Below are positions 1 through 8,552 of a DNA stretch of 64,000 nucleotides, piece by piece. Under the pieces are notes generated by a model. The model saw nothing but the letters and a program-made list of their open reading frames with translations. It made no database searches and was not told where the DNA came from. The translations under genes were made by a program, and so were the position numbers. The stretch's first letter is position 1. The number at the start of each line of letters is the position of its first letter. Location: NCBI GenBank assembly GCA_033762255.1, contig JANRLT010000070.1, positions 8,548-72,547 on the forward strand, written 5' to 3'. Source of the stretch: Pirellulales bacterium. Lineage in GTDB: Bacteria > Planctomycetota > Planctomycetia > Pirellulales > JALHPA01.

Positions 1-341
1 AAGGACATCATTTCGGGTTTGCCATAGCGGTCCACATGCTGTCCCTGCCAGCTCTTGGAGTAATCCGTTTCGTACAGATGCGTATAGGCCTCCAAATGGT
101 GGTCCTTGCGCAGTTCATAAACAATGGCCTTGGCTTCTTGTTCGGCTTTGTCGCCGCGGCAGACCGTGGCCATGATCATCCAGGGGCCGTTATTTTCCAG
201 CACGGTGTAGTTTTTGTGGGGATCGGCCTCGACCCGGCGAAACAAGTTACTTAACGGATTGGCCGCGGAAACCAAGGTGACTCCCCACACGCCCAAGAGC
301 AGTGCCAAACACCAATAATAGCCTTGACGATTCCAGGTCAT
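1..341 (-). CDS. hypothetical secreted protein, N-terminal part (CDS runs off the left window edge)
   Basis: Absent from the ORF track because no stop lies in the window. ATG at 341-339 (minus) opens a stop-free frame to position 1, reading MTWNRQGYYWCLALLLGVWGVTLVSAANPL..., a hydrophobic signal-like N-terminus. The + ORF 36..254 is its antisense shadow. Confidence 0.4.
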   Translation of the reverse strand, partial: MTWNRQGYYWCLALLLGVWGVTLVSAANPLSNLFRRVEADPHKNYTVLENNGPWMIMATVCRGDKAEQEAKAIVYELRKDHHLEAYTHLYETDYSKSWQGQHVDRYGKPEMMS

Positions 342-524
342 AACCGCGCCTTAAACTTAAAAAAGGTAAGCACAGATTGCCGCGCACCGGGGCAGGCAAA
401 ATTTGGGCAAAGTTTAGCGGCTTTCCCCGGCCAGACCAAGAGCAGACTTAAATCAATCTATATAAAATTTCTAAAAATTCCCGCTAGCCCGGGTCACAAG
501 CTGCTACTGCATGCAATCGCTAGC

Positions 525-560
525 AAAAAAGCGGCCTGGATCGCAATGGATCCAGGCCGC
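525..560 (-). terminator. Rho-independent terminator downstream of the SGNH hydrolase gene
   Basis: Perfect 12-bp inverted repeat GCGGCCTGGATC/GATCCAGGCCGC (531-542 / 549-560, 6-nt loop). On the minus strand it is followed by six T (A-run 525-530 on +), about 50 nt past the stop at 610. Confidence 0.7.
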
Positions 561-609
561 ATTACATATTTAAGACCAGTGTGTCTACAATGACTCGCCC
601 TCGGTTCGC

Positions 610-1362
610 CTACTTCTTTTCCCCGAGCAACTCCGCTAGCTTATCCTCGATGGCGTCCGCCCAGATTTGATATCCTTGTGGGCTGAGATGTAAAAAATCG
701 GGCATGACGTCGGCGCTAATGGTGCCGTCCGCTTGGGTGAATTTGGGGCCGATGTCCAAAAAATAAACCATCTTGTCATCCGCCAGTTCACTGGCCAGTT
801 TGCTGGCGGTGGCGTTCTTTTCCCGTTGGGGGTTGGGTTTTTCGCCGCGGGGAAAAATCGCCAGCAGCAGGATCTTGGTCGTGGGTAATTCCTTGCGCAG
901 TTTTTGCACAATGGCCTTGATTCCATCGGCGATTTGCTCGGCCGTGTGATCCCTGCCATTGCTATTATTGGTGCCGATCATGATGACCGCGGCTTTAGGC
1001 TCAATCCCTGCAATGTTGCCATTTTCCAGCCGCCACAGGACATGCTGGGTCCGGTCGCCGCTAATTCCCAGATTGACCGCCTTCCGCGGGGCAAACCGTT
1101 TATTCCAAATCTCCTTCCCTGGTCCTTCCCACGCCTCGGTGATGGAATCGCCGATAAACAGCACGCCCACATCCCCTTGTTTAATCCGCTCGTTAAACCG
1201 CTGGTGCCGCTCGGCAAATCCCCTTTGCAAAGAGCCGTCCGATTCGACTTTTGGAGCGGGGGTGTTTGCCGTGTGTGTTTGGGAATCTGAAATCAATTGG
1301 GCCGGGGAGACCGAGGGGATCCATAACAGTCCACACAAGCACATTTTCCACCAAGTTGGCAT
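610..1362 (-). CDS. SGNH/GDSL-family hydrolase (secreted esterase/acylhydrolase-like)
   Basis: The four SGNH blocks are visible: FIGDSITEAW (Ser), GISGDRT (Gly), MIGTNN (Asn), DFLHLSPQGY (Asp-x-x-His). Start trimmed to ATG 1362 (MPTWWKMCLCGLLWIPSVSPAQ, signal-like) with GGAG 6 nt upstream. Confidence 0.8.
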   Translation of the reverse strand: MPTWWKMCLCGLLWIPSVSPAQLISDSQTHTANTPAPKVESDGSLQRGFAERHQRFNERIKQGDVGVLFIGDSITEAWEGPGKEIWNKRFAPRKAVNLGISGDRTQHVLWRLENGNIAGIEPKAAVIMIGTNNSNGRDHTAEQIADGIKAIVQKLRKELPTTKILLLAIFPRGEKPNPQREKNATASKLASELADDKMVYFLDIGPKFTQADGTISADVMPDFLHLSPQGYQIWADAIEDKLAELLGEKK

Positions 1363-1661
1363 GGGATGCTCCTTAAAAAAATCGGTAATCAACGCACTCC
1401 GCGATGTCGTTAGCATAATCCATGCGGCGGCTGAAGCAACCAGAATCGTCGTCGCGCCGTTTGGACAAGATTCGCGGAATGCACCGGGTATGCCGGTAAA
1501 AAGCGGAATGCAGGGCGTGGAAGCCCGAATTTTTCGGCAAATAATTCGCGGTTTCGCGCAGTTGGCAACCTAGAGTTGTCTATATTTTTTAACGCTAGTC
1601 GGGCAACTTGCGTTTGTCGTCGGCGTCCCGGGAATTTCTATCCTTTTTTTGCGACCTACCC

Positions 1662-2906
1662 ATGAGCATGCGAACACAGCGGATCGGCATCTTGACCAGT
1701 GGCGGTGATTGTCCGGGGCTGAACGCGGTCATTCGTGGCGCGGTTAAAAGCGCGACCCAGTTGGGATACGATGTGGTGGGTTTTTTAAAGGGGTATGAGG
1801 GACTGGTGGACCCCGTGAGCTACATGCCGCTCAACAATAACAATACCAGCGGCATCCTGACCAAAGGGGGAACGATTCTCGGATCGACAAATAAAGGTCG
1901 GTTTGTCGCCGTGGCGGGCGTGCATGACCGGGTGGAAATTGACCCCGTGCTGCTGGCGGGCGTCAAAGTGACCTGCGAGCAACTTGATTTGGCGGGATTG
2001 ATTTGCATCGGCGGGGATGGATCTTTGGCGATTGCCCAGCAATTTCATGAATACGGCATTCCCGTGGTGGGAGTTCCCAAGACGATTGATAATGATCTGA
2101 GCGCGACGGCCTTTACTTTTGGCTTTGACAGTGCTGTCGCCTGCGCGACGGACGCGCTGGATCGCCTGCACACCACCGCCGCCAGCCATGAACGGGTGAT
2201 GGTGCTAGAGGTCATGGGCCGCCATGCGGGCTGGATCGCCCTGTATTCCGGCCTGGGCGGGGGCGGGGATGTGATCTTGCTGCCGGAAATTCCCTGGACA
2301 TTTGAAAATGTCTGCCACAAGATTTTGGACCGGGACTCCAATGGACGGCATTTTACGTTGATTGTGGTGGCGGAGGGGGCGGAATTACCCACGGGGGGCA
2401 TGGTGGGACAAGATCGAAACGAGTTAAAGCAACAAATGAAACTCGGGGGCATTGGGCAAGTAGTCGCGCAAGAAATCGGCAAACGTTTGCATCGTGAAGT
2501 ACGCAGCATGGTGTTGGGACATTTGCAGCGCGGCGGCGCCCCGACCAGCTTTGATCGGGCCTTGGCCACGCAGTATGGCGCGCATGCGGTTCGATTGATC
2601 CATGAAGGCCGCTTTGGCGAAATGGTTTGCTACTGGCCGCCGCGGGTCGAAAGCTGCCCCATTTCCGATGCTATCAACAAACTGTCCACGGTCGATCCCA
2701 ATTGTTCCGCCGTCCAAGCCGCCAGGGCATTGGGGATCAGCTTTGGAGACTGCTCGGCCCAGATCAGCCCCTTTGCCCATCGGGAACTACTGCGGACAAA
2801 TAAACCCACCTTCAACGGAAATGAAGCGACTTCCGGCTCTAACGCCCCAAGCTTGCCCCAGACCAACGCTACGCCGGTGATCGCGGCGGTGGCCGCCCTG
2901 GCCTAG
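1662..2906 (+). CDS. pfkA: 6-phosphofructokinase, PfkA family (probably ATP-dependent)
   Basis: Motifs GILTSGGDCPGLNAVIRG, IGGDGS, PKTIDNDL and MGRHAGWIA. GGDGS (Gly rather than Asp) is the ATP-type signature. Track start 1608 is TTG; the first ATG is at 1662. Confidence 0.9.
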   Translation: MSMRTQRIGILTSGGDCPGLNAVIRGAVKSATQLGYDVVGFLKGYEGLVDPVSYMPLNNNNTSGILTKGGTILGSTNKGRFVAVAGVHDRVEIDPVLLAGVKVTCEQLDLAGLICIGGDGSLAIAQQFHEYGIPVVGVPKTIDNDLSATAFTFGFDSAVACATDALDRLHTTAASHERVMVLEVMGRHAGWIALYSGLGGGGDVILLPEIPWTFENVCHKILDRDSNGRHFTLIVVAEGAELPTGGMVGQDRNELKQQMKLGGIGQVVAQEIGKRLHREVRSMVLGHLQRGGAPTSFDRALATQYGAHAVRLIHEGRFGEMVCYWPPRVESCPISDAINKLSTVDPNCSAVQAARALGISFGDCSAQISPFAHRELLRTNKPTFNGNEATSGSNAPSLPQTNATPVIAAVAALA

Positions 2907-2968
2907 CCGCCAAAGCCCCCTTCGTGGGGACCCTCGCCAAGAGCCGCCAGAAAGAGAATAATACGGGT

Positions 2969-4480
2969 ATGGCGCGAGGGAAACGCAAAAAATCGAAATC
3001 AGCGGCGGAGTTGTCGGGAGAGGCTCCGTCTATCCCAACAAGCGAATCACAAGCAGGGATTGTGTCCGACGGGGGGGAAGCGCCCGCACTTCCCGGCACT
3101 TCGTCCAGCGGATGCTCCGAAGAGACCTCCACCCCGGCTAATTCTTTTGCTAGCGAAGCATCCCCCCCGGCTGGAGGGTTTGAGTTCGCATCCAAAAAAG
3201 TACGTGAATTTCCCCAAAGCCCGGGCGTTTATTTGATGAAAGACCGCGCCGGGCGGGTGATCTACGTGGGCAAGGCCAAAAACCTGCGGAGCCGTGCGGG
3301 TAGCTATTTTTTGAAAGCGGCGGCCCAGGATCTGCGCACGTCGGATTTGGTCCGGGAAATTTGGGATATAGAGTATTTATCGATGACCAGCGAGGTGGAC
3401 GCGCTATTGGCGGAAGCCCGCCTGGTTAAGGATATCCAGCCCAAATTTAATAGCGATCTTAAGGACGGCAAAAGCTTTCCATACTTGCAAATCACCACGC
3501 ACGAGGACTTTCCGCGCGTGGAAATCACCCGCAAACCCCGCACGAGCGGGGTAAAGCTGTATGGGCCGTTTGTCAGCGCGGGGAGTTTGCGGGGGGCGGT
3601 GACTGCCTTGCAAAAAATCTTTCAATTTCGTAATTGCAGCCTGGATATCGACGCCGACGATGAGCGCTGGCGCTGGTTTCGTCCTTGTCTGTTAGCGAGC
3701 ATCCGTCAATGCACCGCGCCTTGCAATTTGCGGATTAGCAAGGAGGAATACCGCCGTTCCATCCAGCGGCTGCGGATGTTTTTGGACGGTAACAAGGAAA
3801 AGCTGCTGGCCGAGATGCGGGCCGAAATGCAAGCCGCCAGTCAGGCCCTGCGGTTTGAAAAAGCGGCTCGTTTACGGGATGAAATAAGCAAGTTGGAAAC
3901 CTTGGATCGGCGGGGAACGCTTAGCGAGAACACGCAACCGGAAGTGTTTTATATTGATCCCAAACGAGGCCTCAAAGGCCTGCGTAAGATATTGCAGCTA
4001 GAAAAATTGCCCCGGGTTATCGAAGGAGTGGACATTGCGCACCTGGCTGGCGGCGAAACAGTCGCCAGCTTGGTGCAGTTTATTGACGGTCTGCCGTTCA
4101 AGCCCGGTTATAAACGCTTTAAAATTCGCGGTGTGGCGGGCGTTGACGACTTTAAAAGCATCCACGAGGTGGTTTCCCGTCGTTTTCAACGGCTCAACGA
4201 GGAAGGCGAGGTCTTTCCCGATATTTTATTAATCGATGGGGGCAAAGGCCAGCTAAGCGCGGGACTGGCCGCCTTTGCCGAATTGCAAATCCAGCCTCCC
4301 ACGGTGATTTCACTAGCCAAGCGCGAAGAAGAAATTTACATTCCCGGCCAAGAAGAACCACTCGTGTTGAGTCGGCATTCTTTTGCCTTGCGGCTTTTAC
4401 AGTATGTGCGGGACGAGGCGCACCGCTTTGCCCAGCAGTATCATCATCTCCTCCGCAAAAAGAACATCTTAGGCGACTGA
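2969..4480 (+). CDS. uvrC: excinuclease ABC subunit C-like protein (short form ending right after the RNase H-like endonuclease domain)
   Basis: GIY-YIG block GVYLMKDRAGRVIYVGKAKNLRSR, UVR helix LRFEKAARLRDEISKLE, and endonuclease motifs IEGVDIAH, LIDGGKGQL, RDEAHRFA. Track start 2924 is GTG; the first ATG is at 2969. Confidence 0.8.
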   Translation: MARGKRKKSKSAAELSGEAPSIPTSESQAGIVSDGGEAPALPGTSSSGCSEETSTPANSFASEASPPAGGFEFASKKVREFPQSPGVYLMKDRAGRVIYVGKAKNLRSRAGSYFLKAAAQDLRTSDLVREIWDIEYLSMTSEVDALLAEARLVKDIQPKFNSDLKDGKSFPYLQITTHEDFPRVEITRKPRTSGVKLYGPFVSAGSLRGAVTALQKIFQFRNCSLDIDADDERWRWFRPCLLASIRQCTAPCNLRISKEEYRRSIQRLRMFLDGNKEKLLAEMRAEMQAASQALRFEKAARLRDEISKLETLDRRGTLSENTQPEVFYIDPKRGLKGLRKILQLEKLPRVIEGVDIAHLAGGETVASLVQFIDGLPFKPGYKRFKIRGVAGVDDFKSIHEVVSRRFQRLNEEGEVFPDILLIDGGKGQLSAGLAAFAELQIQPPTVISLAKREEEIYIPGQEEPLVLSRHSFALRLLQYVRDEAHRFAQQYHHLLRKKNILGD

Positions 4481-4767
4481 CGCCAATGCGGTAATGCAGC
4501 GGCACCTTGGATGAATTGTGGTATCGTCGGTACTGCCACGACAATCCGCGCAAATCTTGCGATTCTGGCTGTTTTAATTTTCTGGAAAAAAAGACTTGCG
4601 AAAAGCGGAGAAATCCGTAAATTCATCTTTGTGGATTTTATACCCATCAACGGCAATTTAACTGGAAGTGTTGTGGGTTTTTAACCCAATATGCCCTATT
4701 TGCCATAAAGGAGTCATGGCAGCCGAACAGAGTCATCTGGGGTTTGTAACATTTGGTACCTGTGGCC

Positions 4768-5253
4768 ATGAGCGCCGATACCCGCTTATTAATGGGTGAA
4801 TTTTCCCGTTCCCTGGATGAACGGTATCGAATGTCGTTGCCAGCGGAGCTAGCCGACCCCTTTGTGGAGGCTGGCCCCAACTGCATCTTGGTAAAGGAAC
4901 GTCCCGGTTGCCTCAGCCTGTGGGTGGAATCCGTTTGGCAGGCTCAGTATTCAGCCGCGGTAGAGCTTTTGCAGGCGAAATTGCGGGCGGGTAAGTTGCG
5001 GGATCGTGGGGCGGATGTGCAACGGTTGGGTCGGATGTTGTCGACGCGGCATCGGGTTATTCCCCTGGCGGGTCGGGGCAGGTTGGTGCTGCCCGAGGGT
5101 TTTCGCGAGTTTTTAGGTGTGGAAGCCGGCGGCATGGTGTTGGTGGTGGGAGCGGCGGTTTGCCTGGAGTTGTGGCATGAAGCCTCCTGGCGGGAACATC
5201 TGGGCCGGGAGTTACCCGGCTTTTCCAGTTTATTTGAGGAATTAACGCGCTAG
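4768..5253 (+). CDS. mraZ: MraZ-like transcriptional regulator (two SpoVT/AbrB-type half domains)
   Basis: Duplicated MraZ pattern: LDERYRMSLPAEL in the first half and LAGRGRLVLPEGFREFLG ... LELW in the second. Track start 4753 is TTG; ATG at 4768 (MSADTRLLMGEF). M at 4792 is also possible. Confidence 0.65.
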   Translation: MSADTRLLMGEFSRSLDERYRMSLPAELADPFVEAGPNCILVKERPGCLSLWVESVWQAQYSAAVELLQAKLRAGKLRDRGADVQRLGRMLSTRHRVIPLAGRGRLVLPEGFREFLGVEAGGMVLVVGAAVCLELWHEASWREHLGRELPGFSSLFEELTR

Positions 5254-5566
5254 TCTATTTGCATTGTAGATGATGGGACACGATTTGCCGAAGCTTGTTG
5301 ATTTCGAATTTGCTTTAATCAATTGACGCGTGGAAGCGTTACGCCTGCGGTATGGAGGCCGGTTTATTGCGACTTTGCCCGTGGCCGGGATTTCACCACC
5401 TTTTCAGTACCTGCCATGTGTCACCCGGCGGAGACTGGGATAGAACAGAGAAGGATTCTCTAAGTTTGTGGGTCACGGATGCCGTAGAAAGTGGAATTTC
5501 GCCCGGGCAAGTCGCATTTTTGGGGTTAGTTCGTATTTAGCAAAAGCAAATTATCTTGAGCGGGGT

Positions 5567-6463
5567 CTAGCAGCGCGTGCGACGGCTCAATAGGTATTCG
5601 CTGAGCGCGCGGTCAAACTGCTGGCTGGTGTCCAGGGGAACATAATCAATATTTGATTGAAAACAGAATTTACGGTAATCCTCTCGCCAGGCGGAAATTT
5701 GCTCCATATACTCTTTGCGAATATGGTCCGCGTCGACTTGCAGCTTGTCCAGGCTTTCCGGTTCTTCCAATTCAACCATGCCGCTAAAGGGAAAGCGAAC
5801 CTCTGCCTCGTCCAGGATATGAAACAAGATTACATCGTGTCCGCCGTGTCGCAGACGGGCCAGGGACGTTTTTATCGGTTCAGGATCGGTCAACAAATCG
5901 CTAAAAATCATGATCAAGCTGCGATGCCGCAGCATGGCGGCCACCTGGACCAGGCTTTTGGCGATGTCGGTGTCGCCGGTGGGCTTTAATTTGGCCAACA
6001 GGGATAAAATCTGGGCCAGTTGCGTGCGTTTGCTTTTGGCGGGAAGGGATTGCCGCAACTGCGTGTCAAAAGTGATCAGTCCCACCGGGTCCTGCTGCAT
6101 GACCATCAGATACGCCAGCGCCGCGGCCAGGCAAATGCCATATTCAAACTTGCTCAATGTCTGGCGGTGGGTGTAGCCCATGGATCCACTCAGGTCCATG
6201 CAGAGATAGCCGGTGATGTTGGTTTCGGCCTCAAATTTTTTGATATAATATTTATCGGTTTTGGCAAAGACCAGCCAGTCGATATCATCCGGGTCGTCTC
6301 CGGCGGTGTACTTGCGGTGTTCGCTAAATTCGACTGAAAAGCCATGAAACGGGCTGGAATGCATCCCTTGTAAAAAGCCCTTGACGATAAATTGCGCGCG
6401 CAGGTCCAATCGCGCGATCTGGCGAATGACTTCGGGCTTTAGATATTTTTCGACGGTGGACAT
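5567..6463 (-). CDS. DUF58 domain protein (vWA-like partner of MoxR ATPases)
   Basis: The hallmark FHGFSVEFSEHRKYTAGDDPDDIDW lies near the N-terminus, followed by a vWA-like MDLSGSM block. Same strand as moxR upstream. Confidence 0.85.
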   Translation of the reverse strand: MSTVEKYLKPEVIRQIARLDLRAQFIVKGFLQGMHSSPFHGFSVEFSEHRKYTAGDDPDDIDWLVFAKTDKYYIKKFEAETNITGYLCMDLSGSMGYTHRQTLSKFEYGICLAAALAYLMVMQQDPVGLITFDTQLRQSLPAKSKRTQLAQILSLLAKLKPTGDTDIAKSLVQVAAMLRHRSLIMIFSDLLTDPEPIKTSLARLRHGGHDVILFHILDEAEVRFPFSGMVELEEPESLDKLQVDADHIRKEYMEQISAWREDYRKFCFQSNIDYVPLDTSQQFDRALSEYLLSRRTRC

Positions 6464-6504
6464 GGAGAGTGTGGGGCGGGAAACATTACCCTTCCGTTGA
6501 CTTA

Positions 6505-7179
6505 TTATCGTTCATGAAGTTTATAAACATACCTGCCACTCGCATTACGTTTTCGTTCAAGGTGGAAGTCACACTGTAATACCGGGGAGTGGCGATAACC
6601 AGACTCGTCCGGTAGGGATTCCAAGTACTTACGACGAGCTAACTTAAAGATTTGAAATTTGATGGACTGATGACGCGCATCAATAATCCAAAGTTCCTTG
6701 ACTCCCGCTGAAAAATAAGCTTGTGGCAATCGTTGCGTATCTTTCATTTCCGAGGAGTCGCTCACAATCTCAACAACCAAGTCCGGGGGACCTTCTAATT
6801 CAACAAAGCGTTCGGCTTCTTCGCCCGATTTGGGAATTAACTTTACCTTTCCAGAGTCAATCGATTTATCCGAAACATACAATACATCTGGTTCCACGGA
6901 TAACATGGCTTCCACGCAAGTAACACGGGTGCGGTCGGTGCAGACATGGCCACTGCCCAAGTCCGCTACGCGAGAAAAGATCGCAGCCGCCACGCTCGTC
7001 TTGATAACGGCGTGAAAGAAAAAATCCTCCGGAGACAAATCGACCTCCACTTGACCCGCAAGAAAATCAAAACGCCCAATTTTTGGAAAATCCAATGATT
7101 GAGTCCATTTTCGAAAGTCCGACAAGGATGCCACAAATGGGACCCTGATTCGTTCGTCGATTATTATTCCCGGCGGCAT
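6505..7179 (-). CDS. Uma2-family (DUF820) PD-(D/E)xK endonuclease-like protein
   Basis: C-terminal core PDLVVEIVSDSS...D...K...Y..AGVKELWIID is typical of Uma2/DUF820. GC is clearly lower than in the flanking moxR and DUF58 genes. Confidence 0.7.
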   Translation of the reverse strand: MPPGIIIDERIRVPFVASLSDFRKWTQSLDFPKIGRFDFLAGQVEVDLSPEDFFFHAVIKTSVAAAIFSRVADLGSGHVCTDRTRVTCVEAMLSVEPDVLYVSDKSIDSGKVKLIPKSGEEAERFVELEGPPDLVVEIVSDSSEMKDTQRLPQAYFSAGVKELWIIDARHQSIKFQIFKLARRKYLESLPDESGYRHSPVLQCDFHLERKRNASGRYVYKLHER

Positions 7180-7219
7180 GTTGGAATCACTTTACTGTGA
7201 AGTAACCAGGGCCTCCCCC

Positions 7220-8239
7220 TTACCTCACCAATTTGGGAATTTCCGGCGCGGGAATTTCCTTGATCAACCGCTCAATGATTTGTTCATTGTTGATCCCCTC
7301 GGCCTGGGCCTGAAAGTTGGTGCTGATCCGGTGTCGCAGGACCGGCGTGGCCACCTTGCGGATATCGTCAATCGCCACGCTAAACCGTCCCTCCATCGCC
7401 GCCAGGGCTTTTCCCCCATAAATCAAAAACTGCCCGGCCCGCGGACCCGCCCCCCAATCAACCAGTTCCCGCACGAATGCCGGGGCGGAATCATCCTTTG
7501 GCCGGGTCGCGCGGACCAGCCGCGACACATATTTTACAATGTATTCGCTGACCGCCACGCTGCCGACCAATTTCTGCAAATTGACAATCGCCCGCCCGCT
7601 CAAAATCTTATTCACGGTCGGTTTTTCATTCCGTGTGGTCGAGGACAATATCTGTTCTTCCTCGCTAGCGCTGGGATAGCCCACCTTGATGTTAAACATA
7701 AATCGGTCCAGCTGCGCCTCGGGCAAGGGATAAGTTCCCTCTTGCTCGATCGGATTTTGCGTCGCAATCACAAAAAACGGCTCCGGCAGTTGATAGGTCG
7801 TTTGACCCACGCTGACTTCCCGCTCTTGCATGGCCTGCAATAATGCCGCCTGCGTCTTGGGCGGGGTGCGGTTGACCTCGTCCGCCAATAATATGTTGGT
7901 AAAAACCGGCCCCTCGACAAAGCGAAAATTCCGTTTGCCGCTTTCATCCTCTTCCAGGACATTCGTTCCCGTAATGTCACTAGGCATCAAGTCCGGCGTA
8001 AACTGAATTCGCTTAAAACCCACGTCCAGGATTTTTGCCAATGTGCTGACCATCAGGGTCTTGGCCAGGCCGGGAACCCCCTCGAGCAAACAATGCCCAC
8101 GGGTAAAAATAGCCGCAAAGAGCTGTTCAATGACATCCGATTGGCCAACAATGACTTTCTGAAGTTCGTCGCGCATCACCTGCCGGTGCTGGGCAAATTC
8201 CTGCAAAAAATCGCCTAAACTGCGGGGTTTGGTGGACAC
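7220..8239 (-). CDS. MoxR-like AAA+ ATPase
   Basis: [33 protein letters not shown] (Walker A), LLADEVNR (Walker B) and the MoxR C-terminal lid. Track start 8353 is TTG. GTG at 8239 gives a 339-aa product of typical MoxR size. The start is uncertain. Confidence 0.85.
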   Translation of the reverse strand: MSTKPRSLGDFLQEFAQHRQVMRDELQKVIVGQSDVIEQLFAAIFTRGHCLLEGVPGLAKTLMVSTLAKILDVGFKRIQFTPDLMPSDITGTNVLEEDESGKRNFRFVEGPVFTNILLADEVNRTPPKTQAALLQAMQEREVSVGQTTYQLPEPFFVIATQNPIEQEGTYPLPEAQLDRFMFNIKVGYPSASEEEQILSSTTRNEKPTVNKILSGRAIVNLQKLVGSVAVSEYIVKYVSRLVRATRPKDDSAPAFVRELVDWGAGPRAGQFLIYGGKALAAMEGRFSVAIDDIRKVATPVLRHRISTNFQAQAEGINNEQIIERLIKEIPAPEIPKLVR

Positions 8240-8552
8240 GCCTGCTCTTTGCCCGGAGGGGCAAAGCCAAGAAACAAGGGGGATAAGGAGCCTGCCGGGG
8301 GACTTTTTCACCCCGACAAATTGTATCTTATAGCCCACGCCGACGGCGGGCAATCCAAACTGGCAGTTCCCGGAACCGGCAGTTTCGCTGGTTTTACCAG
8401 CTTTTGGTTACTCCGCTTTCACTCCATATTCCCCAATTTGGCGACAAATTTCACTAAGTGACGGCAAATGCTAAAATAAAGGGATGATGACAGCCAATCA
8501 AACTGGCCGGAATCGTGGTTTCCCGATCCACCATTTTTGAACACTAGCCAAG

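Noticed and set aside
7178-7843. 221-aa + strand ORF
   Set aside because: Antisense to the MoxR ATPase gene. It is Arg/Pro/Gly-rich, as is typical of shadow frames.
8240-8353. N-terminal 38-codon extension of the MoxR ORF (TTG start at 8353)
   Set aside because: The extension ([38 protein letters not shown]) has no counterpart in MoxR proteins as I know them. The GTG at 8239 yields the usual ~340-aa length. Confidence in the exact start remains moderate.
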